Made by a program: the position numbers and the translations under genes. From NCBI GenBank assembly GCA_001275005.1, contig JWZX01002904.1, positions 59,603 to 79,602 on the forward strand: DNA of 20,000 nt. Direction: 5' to 3'. The notes beneath the pieces were generated by a model. It was not told the origin of the DNA. It ran no database searches and saw only the letters and a list, made by a program, of their open reading frames with translations. The DNA is from Chrysochromulina tobinii (lineage: Eukaryota). Within the stretch, counting starts at the first letter, position 1. The number at the start of each line of letters is the position of its first letter. Shown here piece by piece: positions 1-12,500 of this stretch.

Positions 1-1
1 C

Positions 2-214
2 CTCTCATGGTTTCCAAAGTACCCGCTCGATCAGCTGCCGTGGAGCATTGTGGCTGCACCGACCGAGCCGCTGCTGAAGCCGACACGCAAGGTCGTGCCA
101 CCCGTCGCAGGCGTGGATATCAGCCCGATCATCTGGGTGAGTATCCTCAGCTTCATTAGCGAGATCCTGATCGGCCCGCAGGGCCTACTCACCATCATGC
201 AGAAGCGCGGCTGA
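2..214 (+). CDS. CCB3: 3' part of CCB3 (YGGT family; heme c_i assembly factor for cytochrome b6f); 5' end outside the window
   Basis: Not in the ORF track. Frame +2 reads LSWFPKYPLDQLPWSIVAAPTEPLLKPTRKVVPPVAGVDISPIIWVSILSFISEILIGPQGLLTIMQKRG*, with TGA at 212-214. This contains the YGGT core (SW.P...PTEP.L...R...PP..GVD..P) and the CCB3-typical tail E.L.GPQGLL. Confidence 0.88.
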   Translation, partial: LSWFPKYPLDQLPWSIVAAPTEPLLKPTRKVVPPVAGVDISPIIWVSILSFISEILIGPQGLLTIMQKRG

Positions 215-507
215 GAGCATCAGGCGGTCTCGAAAGAGGTGAGTCATGCGAATGAGGGACCGCACGACGAGGGTGATTGTGCGATGTGCCCATCGGATCA
301 GCACAGCGCATATGCCTCTCTTGATTCCATGTGCCATGCACACGCCACACACGCACGGATGGCACTTATGCTATAGTACTTTACAACGGACAGCCGTATT
401 ATACGCCGGTCTGAAACTGTATTTTGATTACGAAGTTTCTCGATCAACATGCGCGTTGCATCTATAATCCTTTCGTCGCCGCTCTGTGCGACCGTGTCCA
501 CGTCAAT

Positions 508-3500
508 CTAATCATAAGGCGCGTCTACTGGTGGAGGTGGTTGAGCCACCGGCAGCGTAGGCAGCGTCGGCGGCATGCGATGCTCCACAGGCTGTGCCGG
601 CGCATACGCGCTCGCTTCGTAACCGCGAAGCGCCATCGGCGACGCACCAGCGCCGTACGCGGGTGGCTGCATCTGCTGCCCGGTGCCATAGACGCCCTGT
701 GACGTGGCGCCGCCGTACGCGGGTGGCTGCATCTGCTGCCCGGCGCCATAGACGCCCTGTGACGTGGCGCCGCCGTACGCGGGCGGCTGCATCTGCTGCC
801 CGGCGCCATAGACGCCCTGTGACGTGGCGCCGCCGTACGCGGGTGGCTGCATCTGCTGCCCGGCGCCATAGACGCCCTGTGACGCGGCAGGGAGATCTGC
901 ACTCGCCACAAGGGGGGCGGGGGCGGCCGGGGGGGCAGTCTCGAGGCAGCCCTCGACGACCTCCCGGAGCACTTTGCGCATGTCGCCGGTCGTCTTGGCA
1001 ATGATCGCCTCCACAAGCGAGGTTTGGTATTGCGAGTGGTACTGCGTTGCGATCCCGGAGAGGTCGCGCCCAAAGCGCGCGCCCACGACGCTTACGAGCG
1101 TCTCGTCCTTCTTGACGAGATGGACGAGACCGAAGGCTAGGAGCTCGGGCGTCTTGGCCACGCCATGGAAGGCCGCATGCAGCTTGCGCGCATAGTACGT
1201 CTCGGTCGGGGTAAGGAGCAGCCGCACGGCGCGCGAGAGCGGCCCGCGCAGGTGAGTGCCCACCTCATCGAGGATGTCGCATTCGTACCGTCTTCGATAG
1301 TCTCGCGCGAGGTCGGCGAGCGCAATGCGCCCGAGACCAGCGAGCAGCGGGAAGAGGCGTGTCTTGAGCAAGTCCGACTGGCCTGGAGGCACCTTGTCCA
1401 GCGCGCGGAAGACGTCGTGCACGATCTGCGTGCCGCCAATGCCGGCGCCGCGCGCGGCCTCATCGGCGCGCTCGAGGAGCACGAGCAGCAGCGGCAGCGC
1501 CGACTCGTGTGCGCCAAGACGGCGCTCTTCGGGCGTATCGAGCTGCCGGCGCAGCACACCGAGCAGCTCGACACGCTCAGTCCGACGCCACTCCTCCTGC
1601 AGCTCGAGGAGGGACGAGGGCAGGCTGGTGCAAAGCAGCTCGAGGATTGAGGTCGTCGCCGCCGCCTTCACGTCCTTCTTCGAGCTCGAGCTCGCCTCGA
1701 GCGCCGCCTTGAGCGTGCGCATGTCGAGCTCGGGTTTCGTCAGGAGGAGCGCCGTCTTGAGCGTATGCATGTCGTGCTCGGGTTTCGTCAGGAGGAGCAG
1801 CCCTTCGAGCTCCGAGCGCTTCCCGATCAGCTCGCTCAGCTCGCGCGCGTACGTGCGCGAGTACGCCCGGCGCATCAGCTGCAGCTCGGCCACCGACTTA
1901 CCCCGGAGTAGCGCGAGGATCTTGCCTTGGTCCTTCTTGCCGAGGGCCTCTTGCATGCGGCGCGCGTCTTCCTCGGCGCGCCGCTCCGCCCCTTCGGCCG
2001 CTGGCCGCTCGTCGTACCAGCGCGCGCCGGGCACTGGCGCGGGGACGACGTTCGGCGTCATCATTGGCGCGCTCGTAATGGCTGCGAAGGCACGTGCGCC
2101 AGGTCCGCTGCCGCTGCTGGCGCTGCTGGCGCTGCTGCTGCTCACGCGCAGTTCGATCGTCTGCGGCTCAGCGAGCCGCCCGGCAAGGGGAGCCGCCACG
2201 GTCACACGCATGGGCGGCTCGTTGGGCGCTTGGATGAGGTACGTCTCACCCACGTAGATGGCACCCCGAAGAACGCACCCGTTGATGCCGCCCATGGCCC
2301 CTATACCGTACCCGCCGTACCCGCCGTCGCCCGCGGAGCCAGCGCCGCCAGCGCCCGTGTCGCCCTCCGCGATGACGACCTGCGACATCCTCTCATGGCG
2401 CAGCTGGACGCGCACCGCGATCGGGTCACCGCGGGGGTTGATCGAAGCGGCCGCGAGGGCCACGACCCGCAGGTCGCGCGTGCATCGTCGCAGCTCGAGT
2501 GGGAGCTCTTCGTTCATCCCGAGCGGCGGGATGAAGCTCGCGCTCGCTGGCTCGGCAGGCCCAAGACCGTCGGCCATCAGTGGCACGAGAGGCGGCGGCG
2601 CGGACGCGTAGCCCCCGTAGCCCCCAGCGGCCGGCGGTGCTGCGTACGCGAGGTGCACGCGATGCGGGGCGCCCGGCTGCAGCTGGCGCTCATCGAGGCG
2701 CGCGCGGCCGCTCGCGTCTAGGAAGCCCGACGCGACGATGGCGCTCGGAGGCGGCGGCGGCACGTAGCCTCCCACCGAGTAGCCGTAACCACCGACGTTG
2801 AGGGGGTCCTCACGCGCGATGACGAATCCGAGCCCGGGCGGCGGCGGCAGGCCTCGTGCCCATTCGGCCACACTCAGCGACGGGCGCAGCGCGACAATCC
2901 CCTCGCCCTGCGCGCCGCCGAAGCCGCCGCCGCCGCCGTAACCGCCGTAACCGCCGCCGCCGCCGCCGCCGCCGCCGTAGCCCCCCTGCGCCGCGCGGGC
3001 CTTGTCGCGCGCCATCGGTATCTCGACGTCGACGCGCTTGGTGTAGGGCACGACGAGGGTCTTGGTGCTCGAGGCCCAGCCGTTACTCGGCTCCGTCACG
3101 ATGGTGATCTCGTCGCCCTGGAAGATGGCGTGCTCGCCCGCCTTGTCGCCCACCTCGGTCGGGGCAGCACCCTTGCCTTTGCGCAGCGCGAGAAGCATCT
3201 GGCCACTCGACTTGCGCAGAATCTTGAACGGGAGCTCGTCGAGCACCTCCTCGAAGGAGCTCGGCTGAAGATCGTCGCCGTCGCCAGAGCTCCGGTACTG
3301 CGCCGGCTTCTCCGGGCCGAGCCATCGCAGCCGCAGCCCCGCCTCTGGCCCACGCTCGTGCAACACCACCTTGACCAACGTGTTCGGCTCGTTGGCAAAG
3401 AAGCGCAAAGAGGTGCTCACGATGGCGCCTTCGCGCTCGGCGCCACGCACCTCGACGATGTACTCGTCGTGCATCACGAACCCGCCAGCCGATGGAGTCC

Positions 3501-6500
3501 GGACGGGCTCCTCGACGATCGCCTTGCCGCTCGCGACCGTGGTCGCCTCGATCAGCGGCTTCGCACCGGGCGCCATGCGGGCGGAGCGGATCGCGTACGG
3601 GATGGACGGCGGCAGTACCTTGTCCTTGATCGCGCTCTCGAAGCGTACGGTCAGGCTCGCCTCTCGGAGCGTCCCTCGCAACGGCACCTCGAGGGGCGCC
3701 GCGCCTACCTTGAAGGTCGTGCTCGCCTCGAAGAGTGCGCCGCCGAGGGTGTGCACCGTATACTCCTCCCCTATGAACAGGTGGCCCACGTGCGGCAGAG
3801 GCGCCGTACTGGGGGCGGCGAGCGTGCCAGAGAGCACCGGGAGGTCGAGGCGCGTGTGGCGCACCTCGTACCGGATGTTGTCGAGCGTCGCGAGGCCAGC
3901 TGCCCAGTGCTTACCGCCCGTGTTCGCGAGCGGCGCCACCTCAACACGCAGCGTGATGGCCTGGGAGAGCGGCGCGAGCAGCATGGACACCATGGCCATG
4001 TGGTTGGGGTCTTCCTTCGAGGCGCTCGGCGCGGCCTTGGTCTCGAAGATGCAAGGCTGGCCTGCCGGGTCAAACTGCTCGACGCTCGCTGCCTTGCCTG
4101 GGGTGGCGCCCGGCGCGGCCACCCGCAACTCGAAGCGCTCGGAGGCGGGCAGCGCCGTCTCGAGCATGCCATAGGATCGATGCAGCTCGGCTTGGTGCTT
4201 GGAGACGGCCTGCTTGGCCTGAAAGCGGCGCAGGTCGTGCACAAGCTGACCGAACTCGGTGAGCTCGAGGGTGCCAGATTGGTCGGCGTCGTACCGCTGC
4301 ATGATCTCCACGATCTCGCGCGACGAGGCGCTCAGCTTGAGGTCACTCAGTGCGGTGCTCAGTTCGTCAAGGTCGATGGAGCCACTTGAGTCCTTGTCGT
4401 ACGTACGGAAGATGGTGAGCACGTCATCGGTCACGTGCCGACCCACCTTGCCGCCCTGCTGCGGACGGAAGTCGACGCGCGAGTGGCCCTGCCCGCCACG
4501 GTACGTCAGGTACAAGTTGCGCCGCGGCACGCCAAGAGAGACGAGATGCTCCAGACACGCAGTCGCGCGCTTCTTCGCGAGTAGGTCCATGACGGCATTG
4601 CAGTCCTCGGTCGCGCGCAGCTTGAAGAGCGCGGCGAGGTCCTCGTCGGCACGCCCCTCTTCGGGGTAAGTCGTCTGCCCATGCACCTCGAGCGACGCCT
4701 CCGGGTGCCGCAGCATGATCGAGGCGATGCCTTCGAGCGTGGCGAGGTTCCTCAGCTGCTTCTCCTGGTTGAGATGTTCGATGCTCCACGATTGCGCGAG
4801 CCCCCGCGACGAGCTCTTGGTCGCGTCTTCGCTCGCGCCATTGAAGACGACTCGGTACTCCTCGGCCTGCAGGAAGGTCGCCACAGCCGCCGCGGCAGAG
4901 CTCGCCTGATGCTCCCGCCGCTTGTCGTGCGCCTTGTGCTTCTCGGCCATATCGGCGAGGGCCATGGGGACGAAGTGGACGCGCGACGCGCCCGTGCGCG
5001 CGCGGGCCGCTCCGGCCGCCCCGGCCGTGCCGGTGGCGGCGTCCGTGCGGCAGGTGGCAAGCAGGCGCTCGGGCGGGATGCCTCGCCGGATGAGGGCATC
5101 GACGCATGCATTCGCGCGGTTGGTAGCGAGCTGCTCGCAGAGCTCGCGCGCGTCCTCCCGAGCGCGACGCCGGTAGTATTGGGCAAGGCGCTCGGGAGCT
5201 TCACGCACGAGAGCCGTCTCGCCGTCCACCTGTAGCGCAACCTCGGGGGATTCGAGCAGCAACCTCGCGAGCTCATCGAGCAGCTCGTGATTGCGCTGCC
5301 GTTTCGTGTCGTCCCCTTCGTAGTCGAGGCTCCATGAATGCTCGATGGCGCCCAGGGACTCATCGGCCGCGGAGTGGAACGAGAGCACCTCGGACTTGAT
5401 GCGCGTGCGGATGCGTGTGTCCGCCTCGACCAGCTGCTGCTGCGCAGTGAGCGCTGCGCGTGCCGTGTGGCGGAGCATCCCTCGCTGCACTTCGCGCTTG
5501 AGGCCGAGGTGGTAGAGCTGGTACGGTACTGCCGCCGGTAGCTCCATGTTCGCGTACCAAGCATTCGTCGGCCACGCCCAGTACACTTTGACGTCGCACA
5601 TGGCGCGCTCGAGGCGCACGCCCACTTCGACCGCTTGCGCACTCTCGACGAAGCGAACGCTCGCGGGCTTCGTCACGGAGGTCGCGAGCACGCGCAGCTC
5701 GTAGAGCACGCCAGGCTCGAGCTTGTCCGCATGGAAGACGGCGCCCGAACGCCCCGGCCGCGTCGGGTGCAGCGTGCCCTCGTATACGGGCGCAGCAGCC
5801 AGATCGCGATCAGGGGCGGCCTTGGCGGCTGCCGGCGAGGGCGACATGTTGAGCGGCTGCATGCCCGCTATGGCGCCAGCCGCCTCGCGAGCGGCGGGCT
5901 GGCCTGCGGCGGGCTGATCTGCGGCGGGCTGGGCCGCGCCCTCGGCCGGCGTCTCGATGACGCGGTACACGTGGAAGGGGATCGAGCCGGGCAGTTGCAG
6001 CGCCTCAGTCCAATCACCCTTGCCGTAGCGCGCGTCAGCCGCCGTCACCTTGATTGTTCCGCGTCGCACGCGCGGCGCGATCAGCTGCTCGACGCACACG
6101 TCCTCGGGCTTGCTCTCGGCCTTGATGGAGAAGGAGCGGTAGACGCACTGGAAGTGCGAGGCCCCCGTCTCGGAACGAGGATCGTTCACACGCACCGCCC
6201 GCCGCTCGTCGAGCACGAGGTCCGGCTCGGACGGTAGCCGCACCGGCCGCACCTGAAGCACGTACGTCTCGTCCACATGGAGCGCCGTGTTGGGCGGCAG
6301 AGGGCACTGGACCTTTTGGCCGGCGGCCTGCGTCACTCCCTCGAAGACGAGGGCGAGCTCGGGCACAGGGCCCTCGTCGAGCGGCGCGTACGGGCGCATC
6401 GAGCGCGGGAGGAACTCGACGCGCAGGTGCTTGCTATTGCCGTTGAACGACGGGAGGAGCCGTTCGCGCCGAATGCCCAGCTGCACGAGCGTGCCAATGC

Positions 6501-9500
6501 ATGCCTTTGCACGCATCTCCGCGAGCTTGTCCATGATCGGCCCCACCTGCTTGATGCGGTCCATGCTCAGGTACGAGGCGAGTTGGCGCGGCGCCGCGTC
6601 CGCGCCGCCCGTCTCGCCACGTACCTCGAGATAAACCTCGGGGAACTTTTGGAGGATCGCGGCCACCCCCTGAAGCGTCTGCAGATTGAGTTGAGTGCGC
6701 CGCCGGTCCAGGTGCTGCACCGACCACGCCTGCTGCACATCGGCGAGCTGCTCGCCCGCGCCGTTGAACTCGACCACGTTGCGCTCGGTGAAGCTGCGCA
6801 TCTCGCTCAGGGCGGCGCGCAGCCCGCCGTCCGATTGGCGCTGGTGCAGCAGCCGGAAAGGCACGCCCGCGGGCAGCGGGCTGTACCGGTCTTTGATGCT
6901 CGAGGCGTGTGGAATGAAGTCCACCTTCATGGCCTCGCCCTGTGGGTGTGACGTCACCCACATGCGTGCTGCCTCGACGCCGCGCCGCACGAGCGCTTCG
7001 AAGCACGCGTCGCCTCGCTGGCGGGCGAGCAAGTCGAGGCACTTGGTCACGTCGTCCGTCGGGTGCAGCCGGAAGTAGTTGCCGAGCGCCTCCGCGGAGG
7101 TCTGCTTGGTGGTCGAGCCAGCAATCTCGAGTGCAATCTCCTTGTGCTGCTTCATGATGGCGGCGATCGTGTCGAGGATCTTGCCATTCTCGTCACGCTT
7201 CTTCGGCTCGAGATGCTCGATGTTCCACGCCTGCGCGACGCCGAGCGGCGAGCTCTGGGTCAGGGGGTCGGCGGCGCCATTGAAGAAGATGTCGTGGTCG
7301 ATCAGGTAGCGCGTAATCTGCTCGCGAGCTCGCGCGGCCGACTGGACGGTGACGTCATTCAGTTGCTCCGAGGCGAGGAACAGCTCGACTCGTCGCGAGG
7401 GGCGGTGGATCGGGATTTTGAGAGTCGTGCTGGTGCCGCCGAAGACGGTGAGCTCGGCGACGGCCTCTTCAGTACGAATCGTGGCGGCCACGTGTACCGT
7501 GTAGACCTCGTGCACGTAGAACAGGTCGGTGCCCTTCAGGAGCAGCTCGCCATCGAAGACCGTCTCGCGGAGCACTTCGAGGTTGAGCTTCTTGTGCCGG
7601 ATGGAGATGGGCACGCCGCTCGCGACCGCGAGTGCACTCGACCAGTGACCAGTCTCCGCCCGCGCGTTGACGAGCTTGATGAGCACGTCGCCCGTTTGGC
7701 GCTCGACCGACACGCGCACCTCCTGCGACCGAGTCGTCATCAACTCTGTGTTGGCCGCGACCTTGAACTCGACCACGGTCGGCTGGAAGCCGGTGCCGCT
7801 CAGCCCAAGCAGTGCGCTTGGCACGAACTCGGTCTGTGGCTTCCCCGTGCGCGCGCGGCAGACCGAGAGACGCTTCTCGAGCGTCTTATTGCGCGCCACG
7901 AGCGCACGCACGCAGGCCTCGGAGCGGTTGCGTGCGAGATGCATCGAGAGCAGCTGCGCGTCCTCCTTTGGCCGCCGCTTGTAGTAGCGAGCGAGCGCAT
8001 CGGGCGCCTCGTCCAGACGGGCACTCTCGCCATGAACCTCGAGCGCAACGCCCGGGTGCTCGCCCAAGATACGAGCGATCTCGTCGAGGAGATTGTGGTT
8101 CTGCGCCTTGAGCGTCTGGTCGGGATGGTCGACCGACCATGCTTCCTCGATGGCACGCAGCCCCTTGTCGGCCGCGCTCGCGAACCGGATCGCCCGGCTC
8201 TTGAGCAGAGCGCCGAGCTGGGCACTCGCCCGATCGAGCTGCACGCGCGACGAGCAGCCGAGCTGCACCACGTACTTCTCATCCACATAGAGCTGTGAAC
8301 GGTCGAGCTCGCGCCTGCATAAGCGCCCCGTCTCGCCCTCGACGAGAAACTCGGACACGACCTCCCCGAGCCCCGCGTGCACGAGCACGATGTCGAAGAG
8401 AGGCGGCAGCGGCAGCGCAGCTGACCAGTGGCCCTCGCGCGACGCACGCTCGCTCGCCTCGACGACGAGGGTCACGGGCGCCGTCTGCCGGCGCAGCGAC
8501 AGCACGATGGGCTGGTCGACATCGTCGCGCCCCATGGTGAACGCGTCCGTGAGCTCGCTGGCGACGATCTGGCGCGTCTGGGGCACGCGAAGCCGGTACG
8601 CTTGGCCCACGATGAGGCCGAACGTATTGAGTGGCGTGGGAGTGTGCCCGCTCGCCTGGCCCATTGAGGCGACAGTGCCCACGTGGTCGAGCACGTGGTA
8701 GCTCACCGCCACCGGCAAGGGCAGCTTGCGCGACCAATGGCCCTCCTCAACCGCGTGGCGGCAGCGCACGGTCAACGCGCCTGCGGCGGCGCGGCGCACC
8801 GGCAGCCTGATCTCGAGGATATCCAGATCGTGCACCTGGTCGGGGTCGATGGTGAACTCGCATAAGTTCGGATCGGTGCCTGGCCCCGCGAAGGCTTCGA
8901 AGACGTACGTCTGGCCCACGATCAGTCGCTCCTTGTGGGGAAGGGGCACGAGGACCTCGGGCTCGGCCTTCGTCGTCATGCCTGCATGCAGCACGGTGCC
9001 CCCCGCCTTGAGGCGCACCTCGAAGGGGATGCCAGCAGGTAGCCGCGCCATCTCTCGCTGCACCGGCTGCCCGGCCAAACTTGGGGCCGAGGACGTTCCC
9101 TCGGGGATGAAGTCCACTGTGCTCGCGCCGTCGCGCCCACGGAACGAGACGTACAGCTGGCTGGCCGGCACGCCCGAGTGCACGAGCGCCTCAAGGCACG
9201 CCTGTGCGCGGTGCATGGCGAGCTTGTCCATGAGCTCCTGCACGTCGTGCTTCGGGTGCTTGCCAAAGTGGTCTGCTAGTCGCCGAGGTGCGGACTCGGC
9301 GGCGCCCGTCTTGCCGTGCACCTCGATTCGCAGATTGGGGTACGCCTTGAGGATCCCTGCAACGCCCGAGATCGTCGCGAGGTTGGCGGCGCGCACCTGC
9401 GGGTCCGAGTGGTGGATGCTCCAAGCTTGCGTGATCTTGACGACCTGGCTGTCGGCCGCGCCGTCAAAGATGATGTCGTGCTTCTCGAGGAATGCCCGTA

Positions 9501-12500
9501 TACGTGCATACGCCTCCTGCGCTTGTGCGCTGCGATAGACGTTCGCATCTGCCGAAGAGAGGTAGCAACGCACCATGCGCGTCGCCCAGGTGACTCGCAT
9601 CACCACGTCCTGCACGCCCGCGCGCAGCAGCAGCGCGTTCGGGTCGGGCGCAAAGTAGCTGCCCCCTTCGAGGTCGAGTGTGTAATGCTCCTGGCAATAG
9701 AGCTGCCGAGACGGCTGGCTGCCCAAGAGCACGCACTTGCTCTCGTCGCCGCTGCTCACGACGCCCTCAACGATGCGCGTGTCGCTCGCCGTATGGCGCA
9801 CGACGACGCGCAGCCCGGGCGGCACGCGCAGAAAGTGGGACCAGTGAGCCGGCTCGGGGTGCGCCGAGCGGAAGAGGACATTCAAATCGCCCGTCGCCTT
9901 CTCCAGCGCCATCGAGACCTCTTGACTCGCTCCCGTGAGCGCGGGCGACGCGACGGTGAAGTCGATGCGCTTGGGCGTGAGCCCCGACAGGGGGTCGCCC
10001 AAGCGAGAGCTGCGTGGGGTCTCGAGGCGGAATTCGACCGTGTCGACGGCCTCGCCCCCGCGGAAGGTGGCGCGCAACCGATGGGACCCCACGCCCACCT
10101 TGCGCAGCGCCTCGACGCACGCGCTCGCGCGGTTGCGTGCCAGGTGGTCCAGGAGCCGCGGCAGATCGCGCATCTTGTAGTAGGCTGCAAGCGCGTCTAC
10201 GGAGTGCCGGCGGCCCGTCTGCACATGGACTTCGAGGTGAAGCGCCGGGAACCCGTTGAGCACCTCCACGATCGTGTCGATGACGGCGCAGTTGGCTTCA
10301 ACCTTGAGCGCGTCGTCGCGGAGGTCGAGCGACCACGAGGTAGCGACGTCCGGCACAGCCTGTGGGCCCGCCTCGAGGAACTCAACGGTCCGACCATGAA
10401 GCTTCTTTCGCAGCATCTCGGTCGCCTCGGCCACGGACTGGCGCATTTGATAGCCCACCTCCATGTAATAGGCCTCCTCGACGAAGAGTCGGTGCTTGGC
10501 AGGCAGCTCCTGCCGCACTGTGTGCGATGGCTGGCGCAGAATCGTCTCCTGGTGTACGACCGCGCCCGACTTTTTGTGCACGATGCGGTACTCGAAGGGT
10601 GCGGGCAGCTTGAGCGACGACGCCCAGTGGGCCGAATGGGCATGCACGGTGGTGAAGATGGCCGTCACGTCACCGAGCGCGCGGTGCACATCGACGCGCA
10701 CGGTCTGGTCGCCAAAGGAGTCGTTCTTGAGGATAGTGAACTCGCCGATCGCGTTGCTCACCACGCGCTTGTTCTGCTCGCTCGAAACCTCGACTGTGTA
10801 CGAGCGGCCCACGTACATCTGCGCGCCCTTTTCGAGCGTGAATCGCCCCTGAGCGTCCGTGGTGCCGCTGAACTTCAAACGCCCCGTACGCGGCTTGGGG
10901 AAGATGGAGAAGTGGATGCGCGGCATCGGCAGGTTCGCAAGGGGCGACTGGGTGTCCTTGAGCGGATCGCGCAGCAAGAGGTGCACACGCCCCGCTGAGG
11001 GCCCGATCGGCACCTGGATCTGCAGAGGCTCCTTCCCCGCCGAGATTGTGATCTCCGTCGTGCGTGCCGAAACATGGCTCGACCCCTCAAGGTCACCCAC
11101 CTCGAAGACGTACGTTTGGCCCACGTACAGCGCATCCGCACCGGGCAGAAGGGCGGCGCCTTCGCGTGTGACGCCCGAGGACGTCTCGAGACCCAGGGCC
11201 TTGTGCTTGGCGACGATGGTGATCGCCTCGTCAATGCGGATACGGTCGACGGGCGTCGGCTCCGCGTCGTCCTGGTCCAGGCGCAGCGTGACGCGCACGT
11301 CGCGCGACGTGCGCGACACCGGCACCTCGATGATCTGCTGCTCGACGAACTCGACGATGAACTCGCGCGTCGTGCCGAGCATCTCGTCCGTCTCGAGCAC
11401 CTCGAGCGTGTACGTCTCGCCAACGTAGAGCATCTGCTTCAGCGAGAAGCGGAGCAGCGCCGCGCCGCCCTTGTTCGCGGGCTCCGTCGGGGCGATGGCC
11501 AAGATCTCCCGCTCAGGCACAACGACGCCAAGCTCCTTGTGACGGATTCGGATGCGCGCGCGGCCGGGCATCGGCAGCGGCGCCGACCAGTGCGACGACT
11601 TTGAGCGCACGTCGACGAGCACGAGGCTCACGTCGCCCATCGGCCGCTCGACAGTGAGCTCGAGGGCTTCGTCATGCTCGGGCATCTTGAACTCCACTTT
11701 GGCGTGAGGGACTCCGAGCGACGGCATCGCCACCGTCTCGGCGATGTACCGTTCACCAGGGTAGAGGGCGTCCGGCTCTTCGATGCGCACCGAGACGCTC
11801 GAGGGGCGATGGACCGCCACGTAGCTCGCGCCGCCTCGGGGATCACGCCCAATGTACACACGGTGCTCGCGGGCCGCCTCGGCCGCGCCGATGCTCGTGT
11901 AGTCCTCAGTGTTCTCGGCGCTCTTACGCCACGCGGTGGTGCGCGCGCTGAAGGTCACGGCGTCGGCTGCACCGCCCACGAGCACGCTTCCAAACGTGCG
12001 GCTCGGGGGCACGCCGAGTCGTTGGAGCGCGCCCAGCACGGCGTTCACCCGTGCGCGCGCCAGCTGCTCGAAAGCGCTCTGTGCTCCGCTCGAGCCAACG
12101 GCCGTGCCGCTCGCCGTGCCGCCGTTGGCCGCGCCGCTGCTCACGCGCGCTGAGGAGGAGGAGGAGGCGAAGTGCTCAAGAAGGCGCTGTGGCGCTGCGC
12201 CGCTGGACTGGGTCTCGACCGTGACGCCCACCTCGACGTGGAGCATGGGGTAGCGGAGCATGGTCGACGCGACCGCCTCGAGGTTCGCGCGGTTCTGCAA
12301 ACGGATCGCCGTGTCGGTGTGGTCGAGCGTCCAGGAGAGTGCGACCGACTGCAGCGATCGCTCGGCTGGCGAGTGGAACGTGAGAGCCCCTGGCCGGCTT
12401 TGGGCCTTGAGCAGTTGAGTGACGGCGAGAGAGAGCGAGGAGGCATCGTGCAGCGAGCGTGGGATGAAGTCGGTGCGAATGTGGCCGCCACGACCCTTGA

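Noticed and set aside
215..507. Small ORFs in the spacer between CCB3 and the giant gene
   Set aside because: This is lower-GC sequence consistent with convergent 3' UTRs. The translations have no recognisable features.
651..884. Regular repeats resembling a CRISPR array
   Set aside because: The units are contiguous with no unique spacers, are in frame in a CDS, and the context is eukaryotic with no cas genes.
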